DNA from: Candidatus Fermentibacteraceae bacterium | Lineage (GTDB): Bacteria; Fermentibacterota; Fermentibacteria; Fermentibacterales; JCC-6 | Length of the DNA stretch: 32,541 nucleotides | Assembly: GCA_041686025.1 (NCBI GenBank) | Contig: JAWLEP010000031.1 | Span: 1 to 32,541 of the forward strand | Direction of reading: 5' to 3' | Part shown: positions 1-10,040 of the stretch, piece by piece | How the letters are laid out: each line of letters starts with the position of its first letter | Numbering within the stretch: the first letter of the stretch is position 1 | Notes under the pieces: generated by a model | Database searches by the model: none | What the model was told of the DNA's origin: nothing | The model's input: only the letters and a program-made list of their open reading frames with translations | Position numbers and translations under genes: made by a program

Positions 1-142
1 TGCCGTTGTACTGGATCAGGGGCGAGGTGTGCCTCTGGGTCCCGGCGTTGAACTCCAGCCATTCGGTCTGGGCCGGCGCGGCGAGGGGCAGCAGAAGCAG
101 GCAGCTAAGGATTATCACTCGCTGGGGGGGGTATGACAACAT
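1..142 (-). CDS. N-terminal part of a secreted protein of unknown function; runs off the left edge
   Basis: Not in ORF track. Minus strand reads AAAGGAG-CTCCC-ATG at 142, then MLSYPPQRVIILSCLLLLPLAAPAQTEWLEFNAGTQRHTSPLIQYNG..., a signal-peptide-like hydrophobic stretch ending in A-P-A. Open to the window edge. Confidence 0.75.
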   Translation of the reverse strand, partial: MLSYPPQRVIILSCLLLLPLAAPAQTEWLEFNAGTQRHTSPLIQYNG

Positions 143-186
143 GGGAGCTCCTTTCCCTGGGCGTTGGGAAGCTATTTACCATCTAT

Positions 187-215
187 ACGGTAGAGAGCTG
201 GATAATCTCTGTCAA
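187..215 (-). promoter_or_regulatory. sigma70-type promoter for the leftward gene starting at 142
   Basis: Minus strand TTGACA (215-210), 17-bp spacer, TACCGT (192-187), in an AT-richer intergenic region. Confidence 0.6.
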
Positions 216-295
216 GACTGGGTGCCGGGTGGGCTGGATCAGAGGCGGATATAGACAGTTACCGCAGGGAGTTGTCCTATGACAGGATTGGGTAG

Positions 296-320
296 TGGCG
301 GGGCAGGTGGGATTCGAACC
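296..320 (-). other. isolated tRNA 3' fragment (T-loop, 3' T-stem, 3' acceptor strand, G discriminator, CCA); possible att-site remnant
   Basis: Minus strand GGTTCGAATCCCACCTGCCCCGCCA. No matching 5' acceptor strand (GGGGCAG) or D/anticodon arms upstream, so not an intact tRNA. Confidence 0.7.
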
Positions 321-325
321 GCTTC

Positions 326-370
326 CTATGGGCATGGCGCCGTCTTAGCCATCCGGCGCCCGAACCATAG
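326..370. other. stem-loop immediately downstream of the cyclase gene
   Basis: CTATGG (326-331) pairs with CCATAG (365-370) and GGCGCCG (336-342) pairs with CGGCGCC (354-360). No U-tract, so not a canonical intrinsic terminator. Confidence 0.5.
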
Positions 371-375
371 ACCCA

Positions 376-2292
376 TCAGGAACTGAGGGCGCGCCTCACG
401 TGGTAGGTGGGGAAGGTCCCGAAGCCCTTGGAGAATGGGACCTGGCCTACGTAGTCGCAGCGTATCTCGCTGATCTCCAGGCAGGAGGCCAGGGCTGCGA
501 ACTGGGCGCTGGCATACACGTGGCCGGGGGCGGTGATGGGCTCCAGGCGGGCGGCAAAGCCAACGTGCACACCGTAGTAGTTGGGTCTTGCCGTCACCGG
601 GTCAACGCAGCGGTGAACGGGCCCGGCGTGCAGGCCTATCCTGATGTTCATCTCCCGGGACAGCCCCATGTCGCTCCAGGAGGTCTCCTCCACCAGGTCG
701 GCCAGCTCCAGGGCGAACAGCCCCGCGTCCCTCACCGACGGAAACACCATGAACAGGCCGTCGCCCCAGGTGTTGGACACTACAGGCGCAAGCGCGGAGT
801 CCCCGGCCAGATCACCGACCCTTCTCATGAAGCCCCTGACGAAGAGCATGGTCTCGCTCTCCGAAAGCTCCGAGTAGCCGGCCATGTCGGCGAAGAGAAT
901 GGCCCGTATCTCCGCCCCGTCGGGGCCGCCGCCGGCGGGTGGGGCGGTGGGCTGCCCGTCTGTGCCTTCGCCATCCTCCACCATCTCGGTGGTGTCCACT
1001 ACCCGCACGTCCAGCCCCATGCTCCTCCAGCGGGAGACGTTGCTGCCGGTTCCCCCGGGGCCGTCGCCCTCCCGGCCGTCCCAGACCGCCACCGCCACCA
1101 GGTCGGCGGACAGCATCTCTGCGGCGTTCATGGCCTGGCCGAGGAGGACCATGTTGGCATACTCGTGGGAAAGCCCGTCGTCTTCCAGTCTGTGCAGGGA
1201 GGCCTGGTTCACCTGCTTGGCCCCCTCGAGGACGCGCTCGAACCGTCGGGCCCAGGCGGAACCCGGCCGGCCCACGCTGGTGGCCAGGAACTCCTCCCTG
1301 CCGTAGGGCAGCACCACGTGGGACTCTCCCCCCAGCTCACCCAGCAACTCGTGGAAGATGATGTCCGCACCGGAGGCGGCGGAGGCGAAGCCGATGTCCA
1401 CTCCGGCGGACCGGAGCTCCTCCTTCAGGCGGGCCCGTACCTGCTCCTCGATCTCGGGGGGGAACCTGGGCTCGGGCCTGGAAGGGGAGTCCACCATGTG
1501 CCCGGAGAAGATAGCTATCCTGGCGGTCCGAAGCCGTTCTAGCACGGCTGCGGCCTCCTCCTCCGGGCATTCCAGCAGCTCCAGGATCAGTAGGGCGTTG
1601 CGCCTGGTGGAGGCTATGTCCCCGTAGTTGCGGCCGGCGATGGCCACGGCTTCGCCGTACCGGAGTGCCGCGGCCTCCAGGTCTCCCTGCAGAAGAAGCG
1701 ATTCGCCCAGCGTGGCCGTGAGCCAGTAGCGCTCGGACTCACCCGCATGCTCCAGGGCCTGCAGGCATTGGTTCCTCACCTGGCCGGCAAGCAGTTCCGA
1801 CTCCTCTTTGCTTCCCGCCGCCAGGGCCATGGTGGCGGCATTGATGCCGGGCCAGTAGTCCCTCTCCGGCAGGGCGTAGGCCCTTCTGTAGTATTCCAGG
1901 GAGAGGTGAAGGTAGCCCCGGGGGTCCCCCTCGGCCCGGTCCCTCTCCCAGAGGTCCTTGTAGAGCCTGCCCAGCATGCCCAGCGTCTCGCTGTCGGCGT
2001 CGCCCTCCTCCTCCAGGTGCAGGAATATCTCCAGCGCGCTCTCGGTGGCCCCGGACCGGGCCAGGCTCAGGGCCTTAAGCTGGAGCAGCCGCCTGTGGTC
2101 GCCGCAGAGCCCCAGGCCCTCCGAGGCCACGTCGTAGGCCATGAGGTTCTCTCCCATCTTCACCAGCCGCTCGGCCAGAAGGATGTAGGGTCCGGGGTCG
2201 GATCCGGCGGGGTCTCTGCGGCGGCTTCGCCAGAGCGGGAGTATCTCCGCCAGGCCGGGCCGGTCGTGCTCGAGCAGTTCCACCAGAGCCAC
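376..2292 (-). CDS. TPR (DUF4071/TPR-S-like) + SLOG-like + class III nucleotide cyclase multidomain protein
   Basis: N-terminal helical repeats with SETLGMLGRLYKDLW...YRRAY...YWPGINAATM. Central FSGHMVD..RFP / FASAASGADIIFHE / AVWDG Rossmann-like (SLOG-type) region. C-terminal ILFADMAGYS, NTWGDG, IRIGLHAGPV, AARLEP cyclase motifs. GTG start lacks a clear RBS, so the start is uncertain. Confidence 0.88.
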   Translation of the reverse strand: MALVELLEHDRPGLAEILPLWRSRRRDPAGSDPGPYILLAERLVKMGENLMAYDVASEGLGLCGDHRRLLQLKALSLARSGATESALEIFLHLEEEGDADSETLGMLGRLYKDLWERDRAEGDPRGYLHLSLEYYRRAYALPERDYWPGINAATMALAAGSKEESELLAGQVRNQCLQALEHAGESERYWLTATLGESLLLQGDLEAAALRYGEAVAIAGRNYGDIASTRRNALLILELLECPEEEAAAVLERLRTARIAIFSGHMVDSPSRPEPRFPPEIEEQVRARLKEELRSAGVDIGFASAASGADIIFHELLGELGGESHVVLPYGREEFLATSVGRPGSAWARRFERVLEGAKQVNQASLHRLEDDGLSHEYANMVLLGQAMNAAEMLSADLVAVAVWDGREGDGPGGTGSNVSRWRSMGLDVRVVDTTEMVEDGEGTDGQPTAPPAGGGPDGAEIRAILFADMAGYSELSESETMLFVRGFMRRVGDLAGDSALAPVVSNTWGDGLFMVFPSVRDAGLFALELADLVEETSWSDMGLSREMNIRIGLHAGPVHRCVDPVTARPNYYGVHVGFAARLEPITAPGHVYASAQFAALASCLEISEIRCDYVGQVPFSKGFGTFPTYHVRRALSS

Positions 2293-2465
2293 CGGGGCCG
2301 GGTTCCGCAGCCTGCAGACCCAGCCTGCGGAGCACCCGGCTCACAAGTGCCGTGCACTCCCCTCTGCTGCCGGGGAGGCCGGAAGCCTCGACCTCTTTCT
2401 CTACGGCTCTTCGAAGGGTCTCTTCGCCGCCTCTTCCCATCCTCTGGAGGGGTCGCGGCCGGAGC

Positions 2466-2639
2466 TCAATGGTTACCAGCGGCCAGAGGCCGGACTATGG
2501 ACTCCGCCCAGTCGGCTCCGGGGGGTATGTCCCGGGGGGCCATCCAGCAGCGGATGCCGCGGGCTTCCAGATGGCTGCGGATCCTCTCCACGTAGGAGGC
2601 GTCGTGGGAGGAATGGCTGATGAAGACGTGCCTGCTCAC
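2466..2639 (-). pseudogene. truncated TIR (TIR_2-like) domain gene, 57 aa
   Basis: Below ORF-track cutoff. GTG at 2639 after GGGGTGA gives MSRHVFISHSSHDASYVERIRSHLEARGIRCWMAPRDIPPGADWAESIVRPLAAGNH*. VFISHS, LE..GI.CW...DI.PG..W...I is a classic bacterial TIR N-terminus. Similarity stops after about residue 49, before the catalytic-Glu helix. Confidence 0.8.
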
Positions 2640-2744
2640 TGCTCACCCCGGTGTTGGTGAAAACTCCCTGTCCCGAAGATAGATAACAGCCTGGTCGCCT
2701 TGGCTCAAGACGGCGGCCTGCCGGAACTCAGCGGTGTGGCCTGT

Positions 2745-2992
2745 TCAGTCCGAGACCACCCGGGCAACCTCCATTACGGACACCTCGCCCCTGCGGGCCA
2801 GGGCCAGGACTCCCCGGAAGAGGAGGGTGAGCATGGGGGAATCCAACCCGGCCGCGGACCCTGCGGCTGCCAGCAGGGCGGAGGTGGTTTCCAGGCTCGT
2901 CAGCAGCACCACCACCAGGGCTTCCGGGGCTGCGCAGGCCAGCCTGGCTATGGCGCAGTTCCTCCGGCTGAGCCTGGGCACCGCCGGCAGCC

Positions 2993-2996
<4 letters not shown>
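2745..2996 (-). CDS. small hypothetical protein (83 aa), possibly coupled to hutU
   Basis: ATG overlaps the hutU stop (ATGA, 2996-2993): MRLPAVPRLSRRNCAIARLACAAPEALVVVLL...VARVVSD. No recognised family. Confidence 0.35.
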
Positions 2997-5020
<2,024 letters not shown>

Positions 5021-5192
5021 GGTCGGCCTTTCCTGGTGATTTCGCTTTCCCGTCCGTCTCGATGTGTCCTGGGGCGTTGTCCGGCAGCCTCGGGCTTGTA
5101 TCTTATGCTTCTACTGGCGTACCCTACGCAACCCTCGGGCCGCTGGCCATGGCCCGGAGGCGGCGTTCGTGCCGAAGGGCTGGTGAAACTCC

Positions 5193-6014
5193 TTGCAGGT
5201 GGACGTTCCGGAAGCGTTCTCGGGGCCCTACGGCGTCTGCGCCCTGCACGTGGGCGCCGGGGGAAGGGTGGTCTCCGTCCTGGGCGACTGCCGAGGACTG
5301 GTGGGCGTCAGCCGAGAAGAGCTGGCCGAAATCAGGCTGGACAGGCCCTCGGGGCAGGTTGACCGGGAAGGTCCGCACAGTTTCTCCAACCCGATGGAGA
5401 TGCTGTCGGCCTGCGTTCTGCTGGCCATAAGGCACGGAAGGGCCGAGCTGCAGAGCCATCTGGACATCGGCGACAGCGGACGGGAGGTCCGTGTCGTGGC
5501 CAGTCGCACCGGCGACGGAGTCGTCATGCTGCTGTCCTCTTCCGCCGGGGCGCTCGAAGAGGAGGGCACGGAGGATGCGCTGCACGAGCTGAAGCGCTGC
5601 CGGGAAGCGCTGCGGATCTGCAGCGCCTACCTGGAGCAGCTGTTCAGGAGCAGCCACGACGGCATCGTCGTCCTGGACGGGGAGGGCAGGGTGGCCAGGG
5701 TCAACGGGGAGTTCCTTCGCATGTTCGACTACTCCCTGAAAGAGGTTATGGGCAGGAAGCCCTCGGAGATAATCGTTCCCGAGGGTGAGCACGCCTTCAG
5801 CGACCAGCTCTGCGAGCTGATCCGCAGCGGCCGCCGCGTCTCCGTCACCGGCAACAGGCGCCGCCGGGGAGGCGAGAAGATCCACGTCTCCATACTCGGA
5901 GTGCCCATAGAGGGCACCCGGGGCGACATCTACGTCATATACAGCGTCACGCCTGCGGATGCGCCGGCAGGCGGGCAGAGGGGCTATTCGGACACTCCGG
6001 GACAGGATGGTTGA
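5193..6014 (+). CDS. PAS-domain protein with no output domain
   Basis: Coiled linker then LFRSSHDGIVVLDGEGRVARVNGEFLRMFDYSLKEVMGRKPSEIIVP, a PAS signature. Divergent from hutU. TTG start uncertain. Confidence 0.8.
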   Translation: MQVDVPEAFSGPYGVCALHVGAGGRVVSVLGDCRGLVGVSREELAEIRLDRPSGQVDREGPHSFSNPMEMLSACVLLAIRHGRAELQSHLDIGDSGREVRVVASRTGDGVVMLLSSSAGALEEEGTEDALHELKRCREALRICSAYLEQLFRSSHDGIVVLDGEGRVARVNGEFLRMFDYSLKEVMGRKPSEIIVPEGEHAFSDQLCELIRSGRRVSVTGNRRRRGGEKIHVSILGVPIEGTRGDIYVIYSVTPADAPAGGQRGYSDTPGQDG

Positions 6015-6015
6015 G

Positions 6016-8199
6016 ATGACAAGATGGATTGCGACTCTGATCCTCCTCGCGGGGGCTGCGGCCTCCTCCACCATGTACTCGCTGGCTCACATGGAGCCGG
6101 CGGGTCAGCGGGGGGCCGACCTTCTGATGGAGGTCTCCCCCGAGATAGTCCACGTCTACGGGGACGGCAGCGTGGACTTCGTAGCCACATCCGAAGAGCT
6201 GTCCAGGATAACGCGCCTGGGGCTTCCGGTGACCGTGCGGGTGGACGACCTGGGCGCTCTCAACAGGGCCGTATGCGCCCGGTCGGGGAAGACCATGGGC
6301 GGCTTCATGACCTGGGACGAGATCCAGGACTGGATGGACGACCTGCACGCCAGCTATCCCGGCATCACCAGCGCGCCCACCTCCATAGGCGACACCTACC
6401 AGGGCAGGCCGCAGCTGGTGATGAAGATCTCCACCGACAACAACTTCGACAACGACGACCCGTCCATGGCCAACGCCTGGTACGACGGCCTGATCCACGC
6501 CCGGGAGGGCGCCTCCATGCGCAACGTCCGCTCCTTCATGGAGTGGCTGTGCGCAAACTATGGAGAAGAGGGGTACTGCGGCCTGCAGGCCACCTGGCTG
6601 CTGGAGAACCGCGAGATCTGGTGCCTGCCCTGCAACAACGTCGACGGATGGGTCTACAACGAAGACCAGCAGCCCGGCGGCGGAGGAATGCACCGCAAGA
6701 ACATGAACTGGTCCGCCGGTGGAGACGGCATAGACCTCAACCGCAACTGGGCCGTGGGCTGGGGCGGCCTGGGCTCCAGCGGGAATCCAAGCGATCAGAC
6801 CTATAGGGGTACGGCTCCCCTCAGTGAGCCGGAGACGGACAACGTCGACATGTTCTGGCAGGACCATCCCCCGGCCCAGATGCACTCCACCCACACCTAC
6901 GGCAACATCCTCATCTACCCATGGGGCTACCAGGACGACCCGCCCACCGACATCGAGGACTACGAGACACAGGCCGAGATGATGGTCCAGTGGGGCACGG
7001 GCGAGATGTGGGGACAGTCCTCGCAGCTGCTGTACTACAGCTCGGGCAACACCCGCGACCATGCCTACGGGCTCTACGACGCCATGAGCTGGAACCACGA
7101 GACCGGGGCCGACTTCGAGGGCTTCTGGCCCTCGGCCGAGAACGTGGTGAAGCTCACCCGCCGCAACCTGCGCAGCTTCCTGGTCACCGCCTGCCTGGCC
7201 GGGTGCCCCGACGACCCCCACGAGCCGGGGATCCCCGAGCTGGACCCCATCGGCAGCGTGGGCAGCGCGTTCACGGTGAGCTGGAGCAGCGTCCCGGAGG
7301 CGGACTCCTACGCCCTGCAGGAGCTGGAGGGCTACTCGGTGCTTCTGGACGACACCGGCGACTCCGGCCCGTTCACCCTCGACGGCTGGGACATGACCTC
7401 CTCGCAGTACCACTCGCCCAGCCAGTGCTACGTCTCCAGCTCCGCGGGGAGCATGACGTGGACCGAGACGGTAACCGTCCCCGAGGGGGGCGGGGGCAGG
7501 ATCAGCTTCTGGGCCTGCTACGACATACCCAACGGCTCCAGCCTGGGGGCCTTCGAGTACTCCCCCGACGGCGGGGAGAACTGGTACTACCTGCAGACCT
7601 TCACCCGCAACGACATGACCTGGCGGAGGAGCATCCACGAGCTGGACGAGTGGGAGGGGGAGACCCTGAGCTTCCGCTGGACCAGCTCCTCGTCCTCCTG
7701 CGATTTCTACGTGGACGACATCAAGGTGGAGGTCTGGGACTCCAACAGCTTCGTGAGCACGGAGGTCCCGGGCAACTCCTACTACTTCAGCAGCCACCCC
7801 CAGGGCAACTACTGGTTCCGGGCTGTGGCCATGGACTCCGACTTCGGGCCCGGATGGCCCTCCGAGCCGGAGGAGGCCATCGTGGGCACCGCGACCTCGG
7901 GTGAGGCGCAGGCACAGGCCGGCGGACGGACCGCTCTGGGACACGTCTCCCCCAACCCGGCCTCCGGCTCTATCAGGCTGCCGGTTACCGTGTCGCCGGC
8001 GGACGCCGGCCTCTGCAGGGTGGGGGTCTACGACCTCTCCGGCAGGAGGGTGGCCGACCTGGGCGCACCTGCGGCCGGGCCCACGACGCTGCACTGGGAA
8101 TGCGCTTCCTCCGACGGGCCGCTGGCGGACGGCGTCTACTTCGTGCGCATGGACGCCCCCGGCGGCAGCACCACGCGCAGGTTCGTGATCAGCCGGTGA
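6016..8199 (+). CDS. secreted M14 zinc carboxypeptidase (carboxypeptidase T-like) with beta-sandwich domains and a C-terminal T9SS-CTD/FlgD-like sorting domain
   Basis: Signal peptide MTRWIATLILLAGAAAS. Motifs IHARE (HxxE), NVDG, RKN, GIDLNRNW, YRGTAPLSEPET, HTYG. C-terminus VSPNP...VYDLSGRRVA...GVYFVR...RRFVISR. Alternative ATG at 6007. Confidence 0.92.
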   Translation: MTRWIATLILLAGAAASSTMYSLAHMEPAGQRGADLLMEVSPEIVHVYGDGSVDFVATSEELSRITRLGLPVTVRVDDLGALNRAVCARSGKTMGGFMTWDEIQDWMDDLHASYPGITSAPTSIGDTYQGRPQLVMKISTDNNFDNDDPSMANAWYDGLIHAREGASMRNVRSFMEWLCANYGEEGYCGLQATWLLENREIWCLPCNNVDGWVYNEDQQPGGGGMHRKNMNWSAGGDGIDLNRNWAVGWGGLGSSGNPSDQTYRGTAPLSEPETDNVDMFWQDHPPAQMHSTHTYGNILIYPWGYQDDPPTDIEDYETQAEMMVQWGTGEMWGQSSQLLYYSSGNTRDHAYGLYDAMSWNHETGADFEGFWPSAENVVKLTRRNLRSFLVTACLAGCPDDPHEPGIPELDPIGSVGSAFTVSWSSVPEADSYALQELEGYSVLLDDTGDSGPFTLDGWDMTSSQYHSPSQCYVSSSAGSMTWTETVTVPEGGGGRISFWACYDIPNGSSLGAFEYSPDGGENWYYLQTFTRNDMTWRRSIHELDEWEGETLSFRWTSSSSSCDFYVDDIKVEVWDSNSFVSTEVPGNSYYFSSHPQGNYWFRAVAMDSDFGPGWPSEPEEAIVGTATSGEAQAQAGGRTALGHVSPNPASGSIRLPVTVSPADAGLCRVGVYDLSGRRVADLGAPAAGPTTLHWECASSDGPLADGVYFVRMDAPGGSTTRRFVISR

Positions 8200-8278
8200 G
8201 ACAGGTGAGGGCTGCGGCCGGGGGGCGTGATTGCCCCGGCCGCAGCCGGCTCCCGTCCGAACCGGGGAGGGAGGGGCC

Positions 8279-8974
8279 ATGAAGACCTCCTGCAGCCAGT
8301 GCGGCGCGGAGCTGACCGTGATGGAGACGGAGTACTACCTCCGCTGCCCCTACTGCGAGGCCAGCATCATGGTCACCGAGGTGGAGGACCTGCCCTTCAT
8401 CGTGGTGCCCTCGGAGGGGGAGGAGGCGGTGCGCCGGATGTTCCCCGCAGGCGCCATCGCCGAGCTGGAGCTGCGGTACTTCCCCTACGCCGACGGCCCC
8501 GCAGGCCCCGTGCCGGTATTCAGCCAGCCCTTTCCCGAGCTGGAGGAGTTCCGTCCCCCCGCGGGCGACAGGAAGGTCTTCTCCGAGGAGCTGGCCGGCC
8601 CCGACCAGATCATCCCCATGGACGATGACATCCTGGCCCGGCGCGAGCTGAGCAGGAGCGGTACCGTGCTGCACCCCTTCTGGCTGGTGATGCTGAAGCT
8701 GGAGGGCTACAGCCAGGGAGTGCTGGTGGACGGGGTATCAGGCCGAATAGTGGGCGACAACCCCCTGGAGGGCGAGACCGCCCCGGAGGTGCCCAGCAGG
8801 ACGTTTCTGCTCTGCCTGCTGCTCGGACTTCCCTGCGCGGCGCTGGTCTACTGGCTCCTGCACGCCGCCGGAACCGGAGGGAGCGCCAGGGCCTTTGCGA
8901 CGATCCTGGCGGCGGCCGCGGGCAGCTTCGTCGCCCTGAGGCTGTTCGGCGAAGGCGGGGCCCGAAGTGGCTGA
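8279..8974 (+). CDS. zinc-ribbon membrane protein (YdjG-like), paralog 1
   Basis: GGAGGGAGGGG RBS then MKTSCSQC-x14-CPYC. HPFWLV...VDGVSGRI motif and two C-terminal hydrophobic helices. Confidence 0.8.
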   Translation: MKTSCSQCGAELTVMETEYYLRCPYCEASIMVTEVEDLPFIVVPSEGEEAVRRMFPAGAIAELELRYFPYADGPAGPVPVFSQPFPELEEFRPPAGDRKVFSEELAGPDQIIPMDDDILARRELSRSGTVLHPFWLVMLKLEGYSQGVLVDGVSGRIVGDNPLEGETAPEVPSRTFLLCLLLGLPCAALVYWLLHAAGTGGSARAFATILAAAAGSFVALRLFGEGGARSG

Positions 8975-10040
8975 GTCCCCTTTCGTCACGATGAAGTGCC
9001 CCGCCTGCGGGGGCGCGCTGTACCTGCGGGAGGGCGAGACCCACACCAGCTGCCCCTCCTGCGACAGCAGCGTTCTGCTGACCGGGGCGGTGGGGAACTA
9101 CGTGCTGCCGTCGGAGGTGGATTCCACGCAGGCCCTTCGGGCCGTGCGGAGGGCCATGGAGTCCGGCTGGAAGGACAGCGCCGGCAGGTCGCGGGTCAGC
9201 CGTCCCCGGCTCTTCTACGTTCCCTTCTGGCACATCTCGGCGCAGGTGCAGGGCTACGTCCTGGGACTGGAGCCGGAGGTCCGGGAGGAGGAGCAGCCCC
9301 GGCCGGTGGAGAACCCCGACGGACAGAGCATGTCCGTCTTCCAGTCCACCCGCACCGTGAAGAGACGGGTGGGCGTGCGGGCCGTGGAGCGGGAGGTGCA
9401 GCTGCGGGGAAGCGTGAACGTGTCCGCGGCGGACCTGGAGCCCCTGGGCATACCCAACCTCTCGTCCAAGGCGCAGATGTCCCTGGAGGGGATGGAGATA
9501 CAGCGGAACGCCCTGCCGGAGGGCCTGGAGGTCTTCGATTCCAGGGTCCACGCCGACGGCGTGTTCGTGGACCCGCTGGTCAGCCTCTCCGAGGCTCGGG
9601 CGGACGCGGAGGAGTACCTTCGCAGGCTGGCCGGGGGGGCCGGCCGCGGCCTGGAGCAGCAGTGGAGGTACCTGGTCTTCACCGGCCGGCGCGACTGCCT
9701 GATCTACTACCCCCTCTGGGTGGTGGGATTCGCCGTGGACGGCAGGCCCTACCGGGCGGTGGTGGACGGCCGCAGCGGAAGGGTGCTGCGCGGCAGGTTC
9801 CCCGCCGGGCCCTCCGGCTCGCGCTACATCGCCGCCGGCGCCGCGGCCCTCTGGGCCTTCGCCATCCCTCCCCTGGTCAACCTCCTGGCCACGGGAACCC
9901 TCGACTACCGCAGCGGAACGGCCAGCCTGAACTGCTCGGGGGTGCTGCTTCTCATCGCGGGAGCCCTGGGAATCGGAACCTGGCAGGTGCTCAGGGCCCT
10001 GGACAGGATGGAGAGCAGGGGAGGCACCAGGCATGTCTGA
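8967..10040 (+). CDS. zinc-ribbon membrane protein (YdjG-like), paralog 2
   Basis: CPAC-x14-CPSC, FYVPFW, YYPLW...VDGRSGRV, two C-terminal TM helices. Overlaps the previous stop. Confidence 0.82.
   Translation: MAESPFVTMKCPACGGALYLREGETHTSCPSCDSSVLLTGAVGNYVLPSEVDSTQALRAVRRAMESGWKDSAGRSRVSRPRLFYVPFWHISAQVQGYVLGLEPEVREEEQPRPVENPDGQSMSVFQSTRTVKRRVGVRAVEREVQLRGSVNVSAADLEPLGIPNLSSKAQMSLEGMEIQRNALPEGLEVFDSRVHADGVFVDPLVSLSEARADAEEYLRRLAGGAGRGLEQQWRYLVFTGRRDCLIYYPLWVVGFAVDGRPYRAVVDGRSGRVLRGRFPAGPSGSRYIAAGAAALWAFAIPPLVNLLATGTLDYRSGTASLNCSGVLLLIAGALGIGTWQVLRALDRMESRGGTRHV

Noticed and set aside
206..216. 11-bp match CTTGACAGAGA between 216-206 (minus) and 28430-28440 (plus) as element ends
   Set aside because: Largely explained by the shared TTGACA -35 box; too short, and it flanks housekeeping genes.
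6..254. Plus-strand 82-aa ORF
   Set aside because: It overlaps a better-supported minus-strand gene start that has an RBS, signal peptide and promoter.
296..375. Intact tRNA gene
   Set aside because: Only the 3' 25 nt are tRNA-like. There is no 5' acceptor strand, the T-stem 5' side does not pair fully, and no D or anticodon arms fit.
2293..2490. TIR continuation by TGA readthrough (selenocysteine) or frameshift into the cyclase
   Set aside because: None of the three frames after about 2490 looks TIR-like, and the TIR frame is out of phase with the cyclase (347-nt offset).
5947..8280. 777-aa minus-strand ORF, and similar long ORFs 400..1542, 3830..5362, 8610..10247, 18048..19910, 29739..31493
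   Set aside because: Antisense shadows of well-supported genes, expected in GC-rich DNA; no recognisable motifs.
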